A stretch of DNA of 63,639 nucleotides, filler included, from Folioceros fuciformis (GCA_049999805.1; 10 parts of 10 records of this genome joined end to end with filler, not necessarily neighbours in it); one strand, 5' to 3'. Shown: positions 26,380 through 38,947, counted from the first letter of the whole stretch. The notes: generated from the letters alone by a model not told the origin. Numbers and translations are program-made.

Positions 26380-26496
26380 TGAGCATTGTGAGAATCGAAC
26401 TCACGTCTTTAGGGTGAGGGTGAAGGATTAGGATTTTGATTATATTTCCCCATTGAATATGAGAGCCCTAATGTCCTACCACTAGACCAAATGCTC
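26380..26496 (-). tRNA. Non-canonical intron-containing tRNA-like gene, copy 2 (apparent anticodon CTC; 44-nt insert at 26416-26459)
   Basis: GAGCATT-TG-GTCT-AGTGGTA-GGAC-A-TTAGGG-CT-CTC-A-[44 nt]-A-CCCTAA-AGAC-GTGAG-TTCGATT-CTCAC-AATGCTC-A. All stems pair and TTTT lies downstream. Confidence 0.78.
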
Positions 26497-27040
26497 AATG
26501 CTGTATTAAGATGAGTGCTAGCTTACTTATATTTTATATCGTCCACAATTATTAGGCATTTTACATATTTTCTAAGAAATGGAGTTTACATCAGAATAAA
26601 TTTCCAGATTCCTGAAGACATTTTTCGATACTACCTGTTAGGCTCCACTTGGAGCTTATAACTGTATTTTTTAACACCCCTTTTTGGTATTAAACTTTAG
26701 GTTCCAGGTACAACTTTATTTCTTTTCTTTTCTGGAAAATGCTCCTTTTTCCCCGAAGTTTGGGGCCATGTTGTCGCTTTCCCAGGCGGTCTGACTTCGT
26801 CTTAGTCTTTCCAGGCTTCACATGCATGCCCTCGGACATGCGACGGGTTACATACAGTATGCCATTCCCACCATCTCCAAATCCGCTTTGGCGTTTGTCA
26901 GGAACCCGTTTCCTCGGACCCATTGCGGCATTTCGAACTCGAATATGAGCAGGACCTTGGCCCACTTGTTCAGGCTTCCAAGGTCATACCGTCTTCCCGG
27001 CCTACAAAATCGTACGGGCGAGCAAAACACGTAGGTTCCA

Positions 27041-30000
27041 CTACTGGCGGGGCAGTCTACCGTATTCACCCAGAAGGGTATGCAGTCTCTTCGCCTCAGG
27101 CTGAAGATTCTTGAACGTAGTTGACTCGCCAACTCGCCAACCCCAATTTCCCGCCTGCAGGGTGAAGTTAGTTAGCCGGGGAGATTAGCCCCAAGACCTT
27201 CAGGTTTAAGCTAACAGATAACTAATACAGCTTCCTGGAAATTTGCAGGAATACCTGGACAGCAGGGATGTTCATTCTGGCGGAGTTATCCAGACCCATC
27301 ACATCCTGCATAGGAATGACTGTCGTTCTTGCCACGGACGCCAGACAGGCCCTGATGAACTCCCAAGAAATATCCTCATCTCCTTCGAATCGGAGGTAGT
27401 GTCTCACCTGTGATATGTTTCAAAAGAACCATCAGTAAGCCAGGACCATTCCAATCTCGCAAGCAGAAAGGGAAAACGAACGAGTCGCACACCGTCCCAA
27501 CGTACCCTGTCCTTCTCTGCTGCCGGCGCTGCATGCCACCACCCAAGGGACTGTCACAAAGAACGAACGTATCTGTGTGAGCTGCGTTGCAACGTTGCGC
27601 GTAATAAAGCTTAGGGATGGTGGTGAGGATAAGTCAAGGACCGTATCGTTGTCATGTGTTCCCGGGTACACAACTTGATCCACTTCGTGATTGTGAGGCA
27701 GGTGAGGATTCTTGGCGTCACTTCCGAAAGCTGTCACGACACAATCGAATGAAGATAGGTAAGGAGATCGAAACCAACGAAGACGACGTACATCCACCAT
27801 GCAAGAAGCCGTACCAAATTGCAAGACAGCCATCCCAGGAGCTCCGATAGCTTTCCTCAGCTCCACAACGTCCCTGGTTATGATTCCCTGATTCCCCAAA
27901 TGCTGGGCGTTAACCAACGACGTAACAAGGGGTAGCGACCCAAAGCTGATCCGCTTAAATTTCTTACGGCATACCAGGTCCTCCGCAATGATGTCTATCT
28001 TCCCGACTGCTGCCTTGATAGCATTGAAGAAACCTTCTCGTGGGCCCACCTGCAAAGCGTTCAATCACAAGACATCAGCTCTCAAGTGTGAAGGGTGCCT
28101 GGCATGTTATTCATCTCACAAGGCCAGAAACAGTGGCGCAGATGTTTGCCTTCCAGGTCCCCTTCATCGCTGTTTCCGCATCTGCACGAAACGATGCACA
28201 CCAAGAGCAAATGATGCACATCAGAAAACCAGGGGTGCAACATTCAGTCAAGTGGAAGAACCGGCTGAAAAATTGCAAAGCAATCCGAATAAAATTCTCA
28301 CCAGCAGGTATAGCCCAATAGCCTGCAAGACCCCGGAAGTGGTCAATACGGAATTCATCGTACAGCTCGAAAGCTCGTCGCATACGCTTAGCCCACCATG
28401 CATATCCATCTTTTGACATCGCTTGCCAGTTGTAAAGTGGGCTGGAAGCGTTAACAAATGGCACGAGATTTCAACAGAGGGAAGGGCAAGTACACATTCG
28501 AGAGAGACAACTGGACATGGAAAACGAAAAATGCTGTCATCGCATGAGGCAGGTTGCACAAGCCAACCTCCCCCAGAGTTGACCAGTTGCGCTAAATGCA
28601 TCTGGAGGAACGCCACTAACAAGGGCAGGCACTCCTGTTGTTTTATCCTGGTGAGATAATGAACATTTCATATGATGAGAAACTGTACAACAACACTAAA
28701 TATCTTGCAGAGTTGAACAAATGGTAAATATAATATCCTCACCAGCATGAACTGAGCTCGATTTGCCCACACATCTGCACTGTGACCTCCCACATATATC
28801 GGCATATCTCCAATGATTTTGATGCCTTTTGAGTTAGCATACTTGTGCAACGCCTGCCACTGCTTTTGAAACAGAAACTGTTGTGCAATGAAGTTGTCGA
28901 TCTGCATGACATCACATGAGACAACCGAAATTCAGTATGTGAAAGTAGTTACTGTGTTAAATTCAAATTCAAATTCCCTGGTTTAGTAGGAGGTAAGGAA
29001 CGAAGCTAACGAATTGCTTGTGCTCTTTCCGAGCTCTTTCCAAAGCAGACCCATTTCTGTCTCGAAGCTCCACCGGCCAATCCCACCAGAAGCGAGCATC
29101 AATGCTATGATCTATAGCAGCGAAAAGAGCAGCCTCCTCCAGCCAGGCTAAAAGCCACATCACAGTAAAAATAGGTCACAAAACTCGAACAAAACCTACA
29201 TTAAAAAAAAAAATACAAAAGACTTGAGCCTGGTACCTGATATTCTAGGATTCTTTCTAAATTTCTCCATCTCATCCTGCAAGGGACCTTTCGTCCCACT
29301 CACAAGTTTCTTTGCAGCCTGGACCACCACACACACAACCGTTAGCAGACCTTTCACCAACCACTGAACCTAGAGCTCTTGAGATAGCTTGCAGGGATAT
29401 TTGAGTGCAACGGTCGACAACCAGAAATCAGCTCCATGACCGAACGAAGCGCAAAGGCATACCTTGGCTATGAGTGGGTCCTTTAACTCTGCCACAGCTA
29501 CATAATCCACTCGCTCCACAGGCCTGATTCAACACGTTCAGTTAGAAGGATCCAAAAAAACTATGCCAACACCGACAGTGCACAGATCATAGTCCACGTA
29601 CGAAACATCCAAGAACCAAAAGGCACACCAGGCATGAATCTTACACGGCACCGGGAAGATCAGACTTATCTAGGAGGCCATCCTTCACCAGCTCCTCAAG
29701 GGAGATCAGCAGAGTATTCCCACAGTTGGCATCCTGAAGTGGTTGGTGTCAACGATTGAAAAGAAATATCACCAAACGAACATGACATTCAGTCACAGGT
29801 AGGCAGGCAGAAGCCACTCACAGCTCCTGAGTATGGGGATCCGTCTTCACCAGATTTCCTTCCTGGTGGTACAAGGGGAAGAACCTGAACATTCCACAGC
29901 AGCGATTCTCAGAGTCCAGGTATTACATGCTAGTGTGCTTCGCAGAAATTTCTGGCATTGCATGAAAAGGAGAACATGCCTCCACCTATACTAGGCTTTG

Positions 30001-31022
30001 AAACAACGGCCCTCCCTCCTGAACAAGGCAAACCTTCGGGTTCAAACGAAATGCATTCATCCTGCGAACGGGTGCATTTGCTAGGGGAAGCAGCCTGACT
30101 CATTGTGCAGCCACGGCATGAGCATGCTTGACAAAATGCATGTACGGCAAACAGCTCAAAAAGGAAGAAGGGACCATACTTGCCAGACGGTGCAGCCAGT
30201 GGACTTGAGCCAGTCCAAAAATACGTATGCCTCGTGACCCAGTTCCCCAATTCCATATTTGCCAGGCAGGGACGTGGGATGCAGCAGAATCCCAGCCCTT
30301 CTTTGCGGAGCAGTCTTGTTGGGATCATCGTTGACGTAATCGGCAGGAAGATCGTCCCCAGCCTGAACCTTCTTCTGCGGGGCCAGAGCCATGGTCGGAG
30401 AGGCAGCAGCACCCCGGGCCCTGACCTCCCTGCCCTGCAATATGGACGCAGCAGGCAACTTCCCTTCCCTGCCACACGAAAACGGCTTCCCTCTGATAAC
30501 CTGAGATCCCAGGAGACCACGGGCACCAGAATTGTGGACACATTTGTCGAGTTGCGTCACTCTTGCGCCAGCGGCGGAGCGCCGTTGTTCGCACTGGCAG
30601 AAAGTGGGGCCCGATACCAGCGAGCTAGTCCCATGCTGCCATGTCCTCCCATCGGAGTTGTGCAGCTTTTCGAATCTGTAGGATAGCTCCTCCGACAGCC
30701 TTTTGACGTAGGCGCGCTTGGCTGTAGCAGCGCCGCACGTGGACGCCGATGCCGCACTGCTCCAGGGGCTGGGGCACCTGGCGGATCGGCAGTAGATGGC
30801 CTGCTGCACCCTCCGCACTTGGCTGCATGTTCTGGGTGTAACGACGTTCAAACAAGTGTTTGGCGGCCTGGTGCAAGGGCATTCATTGCAGGACTCGGTT
30901 GCAGAGCGCGACATCCATATAGCTCTGCCGGAAAAGCCGTCTCTATCCGCACAAGGCGAGCACAGCCGGACGGCTGGAGCAGCCGTGGTAAACATTTGCC
31001 TAGTCAGCCCGTCGAAGGACAT
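27041..31022 (-). CDS. DPE1: Plastid 4-alpha-glucanotransferase (D-enzyme, GH77); multi-exon, start uncertain
   Basis: RRAGILLHPTSLPGKYGIGELG, IGDMPIYVGGHSADVWAN, FRIDHFRG, IIAEDLG, YPGTHDNDT, ARMNIPA and GNWGWR. Stop TAG at 27041-27043. Confidence 0.95.
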
Positions 31023-31217
31023 ACACTGTCCTGCGCGACAGAGATCCTTCTACGACCGCCGCTTTTGGATCATCTCGATGTGCTTTCCCGCAACACCTTC
31101 TGCACAGCGCACGATGCATCAATCAGTGGGATTACCATCTCATCCATTGATTCCTACAGTATCCATCTCCTTTGTCTATTGAATGACACAGAATCTCTCC
31201 CGCCTACCTTGGAACTT

Positions 31218-31790
31218 TCATCCTAAGCATTCTGTCTTGTCATCTCACGCATTATGTCCTGCCTTGCTCGTCATTTTCCATTCTTAGCGTTCTGCCTTGA
31301 ACAGCAAACATGCTACTGTCATCCTAAGCATTCTGTCCTGCATTGCTTGTCCTCTGTCATTCTACCCGTCCTGTCTACCCTTGCTTACTCCTGTCATCCC
31401 AATTTTTCTGTCCTGCGTTACTTGCCGTTTGCAATCGGAAGTGTTCTTTCTCGCCTAGCTTGCTACAACAACTGTCATCCTAAGCATTTTGCCCTGCGTT
31501 GCTACCCATTTGTCATCCTACGCGTTCCATCTCGCCTAACTTGCTACAATAACGGTCATCCTAGGCATTCTGCCCTCCGTCGCTTGTCATCGGTCATCCT
31601 AAGCGTTCTGGCTTGCCTAGCTTGCTACTGTCATCCTAAGCATTCAGATCTGTCTTGCCTAGCTTGCCACTGTCATTCTAGGAGAATTTTATCTTAACTA
31701 GCGTTTTCTCATCCGGACATGTCAGCCTAGCTTGGTACTGTCATGGGAGGAAGCATCGAGATCTATCTTGCATAGGTTGGTAGCGTCATA
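31218..31790. repeat. Degenerate tandem repeat built on TGTCATCCTAAGCATTCTG-like units
   Basis: More than 10 variants of ctgtcatcctaagcattctgtc and cttgcctagcttgctac. Confidence 0.8.
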
Positions 31791-33687
31791 CTTCATACAT
31801 TTTTTTCAAGATGCAGAACCCACAGTACGCTATTCCTGAACTCGCCACCGCAGCTGTGCGCAAGCACATTCTCACCTCAAATCAGAGCGCCACAGATCGT
31901 TGGAGAAGAGTGCAAGTAGAGACCTTGGATTTCTGACACGTTTTCCTACTCTGATGGCGGCGAATGTTCGCCTTGAAGCAGCTGTACCGAGCTGCTGGTA
32001 GCTGCTCTCGGGAAACGTGATACAGGCAAGGGGCCACAATCTTGGGCAATATGCTACCTGAGGACCACACGCGCTTTCGCGCGGTGCAGGCGACTGATGG
32101 CGCCAAAAGGGCCGAAAAGACGCTGCCGCTCCGAAATCTCTTTCCATGAGTTTCCAGCATTCGCCACCACCGCGGCGCAATCTGTTTCGCCAAACAGGAT
32201 GACGACCAACCGCCCCTACATTCCGGTTAGTATGACTCCCTTCTCCCCCGGTGAGTCGGGTAAGCGCACACTGTGGACTCTTGGATCAATTCATGTAGCT
32301 GCTTAAGGGAACGGAAATCTTCTTTGAGGAGCAACAATAAATCCTTTTGCAGATCATGATCAAGGAGATCCTCGGCAGGTAACCCTCGGGCCGCAAGGGT
32401 GCAATCTTCCCTTTCTGAGCTGCCCTCAGTTCAAGATCAGGAGGAAGAAGACGACGACGACGACGAACCATGACGTCCTTCACTGTGTACTCTTAGCGGT
32501 GCTCAAACTCGTTGCAAAATCCCGCATTCTAATGAGATCCTGTCCTTTAGTGCAGTGTTTGTTCCTCTGAAGCTCCCTTCTCCTAAACCAACTCCCAGGC
32601 GTGACTCCCTGTTCTTCATGTGCCAACATCCAGGGGCTGAAGCGAAGAAACTTTGTAAGAAAGGCATACAAGCATCACGGTTGAAAACCAAGACAAGAGA
32701 TGCGTTTCCTGCATTGATGTCCTTTCCGCCTTGTCACAGCGGCTTAACCAACAGCAGATCATCATGAGCAAGTGGCTGCATCAGCTGGAAGTGGTTGGAC
32801 AACAAAGCTAACCATGGCAAACGTAAGGTCGTGCTGACGCTGCATATGCTGGAGATGTGAGAGGCAGAGCCGTGAGTGGAACAGGAATAGGACAGGGACA
32901 GGGAGCCTTTCAAATCTTGCGTCATCTGAAGTGTTCAACACCGAGCTGGCTCAAACACCTGCAGTCTACCAGCTGCCGTCTCGGTGGCTGGAGATGCAGC
33001 AAATGGCAATGAGGCTGGCAGTGGAGGCTGGCTGTAGCATATACAACGATGGAATACAATGCTGCACAAGAAATGAAAGTACGATCACGATCAGCATCTG
33101 GCCAAAGGGGAACTGCAACCTGTCCCCCGACACGTTTTTTGGCCCTGATTCCCGGCCCCGATGCAAGTTGGAGTTTGAAGCTCTGGTTCCGCAATTCAGA
33201 TCAGAGCTCTGCCTCATGGAATCATTCCCAGAAAAGTTGTGAATCCGGTGCTTTGCAGCTGGCATGCTTGCCACCCTGGTCCACCCAACACCATTTCGAC
33301 AAACCCCCAGTTAGCGCCTGTTAGTCTCGCTTGCTCGCATATTCAGTTTTGAAAAAGCCGTTGGCAGTTGTCGCCTAAATTTAAAAAAAAACAATTAAAA
33401 AGAAGAAAAAAAGAATCCGCTGGCAATAGAATCTCACCCGGATGGCAGAACGCTCTCCTTTCATCATTTCCTTCTTATACCCTCAACATGTTTATACTAC
33501 ACTATTTTCATTGCTTCTTCTCTCATCTTGAATTTTTATCAAATATTACTTTATTAAAATTAAATCTTTTAAATTTAATGTTACTTTAAAAATCTTGAAT
33601 AATAGAATCATGTACAAAGTGGACTCACTCATTCAAACTACATGCGAGTGAGTCCATTCTACGAGTAGATCACCATTTGAAGTTTCA

Positions 33688-34143
33688 ATGACAAATTATA
33701 GAAATAAGTTATGTTTTTTCATCAACTTACTTATCTATATGCCAATTCTTACTGTGGTAACACAACCTGATCCAAACACAGATGAAATTAGTTACACATG
33801 TGGGCCAATGTTTAACTTCGGTGATCCATTTCAACTTATGCTAACACCGTGCATGAATTATCTCGTATTGAGTGCAGCCACACGGTTTCCTCTTCAACAC
33901 CCATATTATTATGATTTGAAACTGTACGACGAAATTAGGGTTTTATGGAGTGCTGTTATATGCTATCCAAAGCTTCCTACTATGGTAGGTATGATACAAT
34001 GCCTACAATGCTTAGAAACCATTCGTGATAGAGTTTATGAGTATTGCCCACAATCTCGTTCTACTATCTATCACGCTGTAGATTGTTCTCTTACATACAG
34101 TTTTGATCGACCTGTACATTTAGACTCAGTTGGCTGGAGTTAG
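33688..34143 (+). CDS. Secreted single-domain Gnk2/DUF26-like cysteine-rich protein
   Basis: Hydrophobic signal peptide, then PDPNTDEISYTC and AVICYPKLPTMVGMIQCLQCL...YCPQSRSTIYHAVDCSLTYS, the DUF26 cysteine pattern with a longer spacer. Confidence 0.72.
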   Translation: MTNYRNKLCFFINLLIYMPILTVVTQPDPNTDEISYTCGPMFNFGDPFQLMLTPCMNYLVLSAATRFPLQHPYYYDLKLYDEIRVLWSAVICYPKLPTMVGMIQCLQCLETIRDRVYEYCPQSRSTIYHAVDCSLTYSFDRPVHLDSVGWS

Positions 34144-34249
34144 ATAGATTCAAAACATGTTTCCAAAGTTTTGAGTCTAGAGATTGCATGTTTTGAGTCT
34201 AGAGATTGCATATTGGGAAGAGATGTTTTAAAAGTTTAAAGGTCTTGTC

Positions 34250-34715
34250 TTATAATGAAGTAACCTTCTATAATTGAAAAAGAGATGGAAAGTTTATGTA
34301 CTCCAAAGATTGAAAGAATAACCATTATAACGAAGTAACCTAGGAATAACCATTATAATGAAGTAACCTTCTATTATTGAAAAAAAAATGGAAAGTTTCA
34401 TCTACTCCAAAGATTCAAGGAATAACCATCATAATGAAGTAACCTAGGAATAACCATTATAATGAAGTAACGTAAGAATAACCATTATAATGAAGTAATC
34501 TAAAAATAACTATTATAATAAAGTAACCTTCTTCTATTATTGAAAAAGAGATGAAAAGTTTTATCTACTCCAAAGATTCAAGGAATAACCATTATAATGA
34601 AGGAACGAATAACCATTATAATGAAGTACTGAATAACCATTATAATGAAGTAATTTTTTATTATTAAAAAAGAGATGAAAAATTTCATCTACTCCAAAGA
34701 TTGAAGGAATAACCA
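34250..34715. repeat. AT-rich nested tandem repeat (GAATAACCATTATAATGAAGTAACC units within a larger unit)
   Basis: ataaccattataatgaagtaac and tactccaaagatt(c/g)aaggaataacc recur. Confidence 0.85.
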
Positions 34716-34972
34716 AACATGACTAAAGGTCAGAAAAAGATAATAGCAAAAAGAATCTTATAATTATCAAGTATAGAATATTAAAAATAAAATACCGAAG
34801 AGAAAAAATAAAATAAAAATCAGATAATATTGGAACGATAGAGAGGAGATAAGAGCTTGGAAGGAACTCTGGNNNNNNNNNNNNNNNNNNNNNNNNNNNN
34901 NNNNNNNNNNNNNNNNTTAATTAATTAANNNNNNNNNNNNNNNNNNNNNNNNNNNNNNNNNNNNNNNNNNNN

Positions 34973-36593
34973 CATACTCTCCCCCATTGTCTGTCCTTAG
35001 ACACTTCAGTCGGAGGCCAGACTAATTCTCCACAAGGGTGACGAATTTCTGAAACACGACCAGAACATCATCCTTTTTCCTCAAAGGATAAACCCACACC
35101 TTGTGTGAGAAATCATCTATGAAAGTGGCAAAATAGGATGCCGTTACACAAATCACATGATCCTTGACAGTGGTTACCTGAAAGTGAGTACAAAGTGCCA
35201 CACTTCGATCCACGAGCTAACACAAGAGAACCTTTGGAGATCTTCCAAGAACGATCTCCAAACCAACAGTGGTAGCCAGCGTCATCCAACTACCCTGCGC
35301 TAATCATGCTTTTGGTCAACTTCGGAACATGCCTAACATCCTTCAGTACGAATGAAGATCCATTGTCGAACTTCAGCTGCACATCACCAATGCCTGCAAT
35401 CTTGCATGTGTAGTTATTTCCAAGCCGAACACATCCTTTCCTAGTAGCATCATAAGTGCTAAACCACTCTCTATGTTGAGTCACATGAAAAGATGCTCCA
35501 GAGTCAATTATCCAATTAGAGAAAAAGTGAGTTTCCACGGCTGTCAGTTGTGCAGAATCGAAAGAAGAAGAGGTAAGAACATCTCCATCATCAACAGAGT
35601 TCACCTCGTCACGCTTGACACTCGGACTTGCTTTGTTGTCTCTTTGCTTCTTCTCCTTTCCTTTGTCCTTTTTGAACTTCTCGCAGTCCCTTCTGATGTG
35701 ACCCTTCTTGTGACAAAGGTAACACTCAACATTGTTACGACTACGAGACTTACTATGGGAACGACTTCGCTCCTTGTACTTCCGCTTTGAAGTGGACCTT
35801 CCTCTAACCATGAGGGCATTGGAACCTTTCAAAGGTTCCATGTTCTTCCTATTCACCTCCTTTGTTAACAGGCTACCTTCTACATTTACAATGGTAAGAC
35901 CACTGGCAAGAGCGGAATTACTCAGAGCTAGATGAAAGGTGTCCCAACTCTGTGGTAATGTGACCAACACAAACATGCACCGCCGGGGCCTGGCACTCTG
36001 GCCTGGCCGACTGCGCCTGCCCGCCCCCCACGAGCTTGGCGGCATGGCGCCCTCCTAGAGCCCCGGCGGCCTGTCCGCTGCAGCTGCCCGTGCCCTTCTG
36101 TGCCCTCTATGGGGTAGCACCCCGAGCTGCGATGTGGCACAATGGCGCCCTCCTCGGTGCGCCGCGTTGCTAGGCTGTGCACACCGCCATGTGCGCGAAC
36201 AAGGTAACAGCGCCTTGACCAGGCTTCACACTCCACTCCTGCATAACACACACCTTGTTGCTCCACAAAACCAAGCTCCACAGCCTAGCTCTAATACCAC
36301 TTGTAGGATCGCTACAGGAGCTACATGGTGAAGAAGGAGAGGAGGAGGCAAGGAGGAGGAGAAAGAGAGGTCACACTCTCACAATGAGTCTCTCTATATG
36401 CAAGGGAGCTCAAGGGGGTATTTATACCCTCTAGAAGAGCTCCCTAGGAAGCTTCACAAGAAGCGCACAGGAAGCTGCGCAAGAAGCTTCCTACAGATTA
36501 GCTTAAGCTAATCTAAACTAATGATACTTAACTAGACACTATTCTTAGACTAAACACATTAGTCTAAGCACATTGGGCTTTAATAACCCTACA
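34973..36593 (-). mobile_element. Ty1/copia element, internally deleted: LTR 36302-36593, PBS 36288-36299, gag/protease/integrase remnants
   Basis: TG...CA LTR followed by TGGTATTAGAGC (Met-i PBS). Zinc knuckle CYLCHKKGHIRRDC, protease WIIDSGAS, integrase FIDDFSHKVWVY. Confidence 0.9.
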
Positions 36594-38008
36594 CATAGCA
36601 GCCTGATTTCGTAGCTGCTCTAACAGATAGCAGGTTCTTGGACATAGCAGGTATGTACAAAACGCCTTCAAGCTGTATATCCTCACCTTCCAGCAATGAA
36701 ATGGTAATTGTTCCTGAACCCTTCACAACTACACCTCTCGCATCCCCCACATACACTAACTGAGGTGATTTTTGTGATGTGAAGGTGGAGAATAGACTCT
36801 GATTATTGCACACATGTGATGTAGCACCAGAATCCATGAACCAAGCAAAAGAAGAATCCCTGGTGGATGTGAAGCAGACTATAAGAACAGTAGAGCTACT
36901 CTTACGAGAAGAGGTTGCAGAGCCCTTGTCCTTTGCAGCGACATGAGCCTTTGACTGAACCTCCTTTTTTGGCTCTCCAGCTTTCTTTTTACGACAATCT
37001 CTCCTCCCAATGTCCATGCAGTTGACACCAATGAAAATTTCCTTGTCTCTTGGTAAGCGAATCTCCTGTACCACCAGGTATCTTCTTACCTTTGCTCTTC
37101 ATAAATGGTTTCCCTCTGGCAGCAAATAACACCTTCTCACTCCTAGCTTTTTGATGCTGTCCCCCAAGTCTTTGGGGGGACTATTCTTCTTGAAAGAGTG
37201 CAACAGTCAGTTTGCTGAATGTAAGTGTTTGTGCCTGCCCAACGGAGACTGTAGCCACAGAAAATCTCAAGGCAGCATCCTGGGTTGAAACAAAACTCTG
37301 ATAGGAGGGAGGAAGGCTGGACACCAGCTAAGCAATTGCCTCGTTCTCAGTAAGTACACTGCCCAAAGAAGCTAGTTGAGCTCTTAACACCCTGAAGCGG
37401 CTGATATGTACAGCAACATAATCACCTTCCTTCATCCTCAAAGAGTGGAATTCATTCCTAGCAGTAACCAGAGTAAGGAGATTCTGCACCTAATAAGTTT
37501 CTTTGAGCCGATTCCACATTGCTGCTGCAGACTCTAAGTATTCAACTTCTGTCACCGTGGCTTCATCTAGGCCAGATAGAAGAATAGCAAAAGCAATTTT
37601 GTTGCCTTTGTTCCACATAGTAATCTCATCAGCAGTTGGTTGGACTGGGGCTAATGCTGGAGTCTTGCGAGGATCAGGCAGAGTACCATTAACGTACTCC
37701 CACACATCCCGCGCATCCAAGTAGGCCTTCATCCGAGCTCGCCAACTCTCATATTTGGTTGGTTTTCCATCAAACCGATCCTTTTCTTTGAACTCTCCTC
37801 CATAGCCACCAGGAACAGCAATAGGAACAGAAGAAGACACAGACGTGTTAGCCATGACTGCAGCTAACGGAGGTTGTGATACCTGACTTGCCACTGTGAC
37901 TTGTGAAGAACGGGATACAAAGCCTACATCCTCAACATAGTCTGATGCTAAGACTAGGCGGGCTAAAGACTCGGACAAGGAATCAAGATCTAAGTCATCC
38001 TCATCCAT
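36594..38008 (-). mobile_element. Degenerate Ty1/copia gag-protease interrupted by the LTR at 36593
   Basis: KYESWRARMKAYLDARDVWEYV (gag), WFMDSGATSH (protease) and KNLLSV; contains stops and a frameshift. Confidence 0.88.
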
Positions 38009-38947
38009 CCAACAAGCATAGAGGCAGAAACATCAACCAACAACCAAGTCAGGTAAGACTTACTCCACTGTTCCATGTTAAGTTTCAGCCGGCAATAGCA
38101 AGAGCCAAAAAAAACAACTTAAACTTTCGAAACGACAAGCCAGTCTAAAGACACGAACCCATAAATTTACTGTTTGTCCCTGTCCATTCAGCTGCAGACA
38201 TTCCAGGCACCGAAACGACAGCAGCTGTACTCGCGCCTGTCCCAATCTGCCAGGAATTTTTCACAGCGGAGGCTTGTCGCGATGACATTTGGGCACGGGC
38301 GCGCATGTGATACAGGATGCGCCTTGCCAGATCCACGCAACGGGTAGGAGCAATCTCAAATTGCTGATGAAGATTGACCCAAGGTGCTAGCTTCACCAAA
38401 ATCTTCAATCAATCCAGCAATTCTAACCGCAAAACTGTCTAACCTTGACTCTTGTTTGATCTTGCTGTCCAACGAATGCCTGAGGAGGAACTCAATGGAT
38501 TCAAGGCGAGAAATTAGTGTCGATAGCATGGCGTCAAATATTTTATGTCTGAAATTTTTGTGAACAACTTTGCTTGAATGAAATCCAGTATTATTTTGCC
38601 TCTCTGAGTCACCAAAGAAATTTTATCACACAGAGTAGCCACCCTATCTACTTGCTTGATCCGGCCTTCTAAGATCACAACGCTGTCTCCACAAAAATTG
38701 AGGCAGCAAATCCTCATAAGACCTCCTCCCGCCTCGTGCCATTGAACCAATAATTCAGAACCATCAATCACTAGAGTGGATTTTCCATTGAATTCCTCAT
38801 TCAAAAAAAAAGACTAAACACAAAAACATCTACATAAGATGTATATGCCCAAGCATATATAGACACAGCTTATATATGCATAAATATCAACCACCAAGGA
38901 CTAGAAAAGCCATCACCAGTACTCAACAGCATTTTCAAGGTCCAAGG

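Noticed and set aside
26408-26471. TTAGGG/CCCTAA(A) in the tRNA-like genes as a telomerase RNA template
   Set aside because: Only about one repeat unit, base-paired in the anticodon stem. CCCTAAA is not conserved in copy 1, and the promoter is tRNA-type.
27041-30392. Bacterial malQ as horizontal transfer or contamination
   Set aside because: The gene has many spliceosomal introns and matches ordinary plant DPE1.
31254-31697. 147-aa Cys/His-rich repetitive ORF
   Set aside because: It is the translation of the tandem repeat, with no independent evidence of coding.
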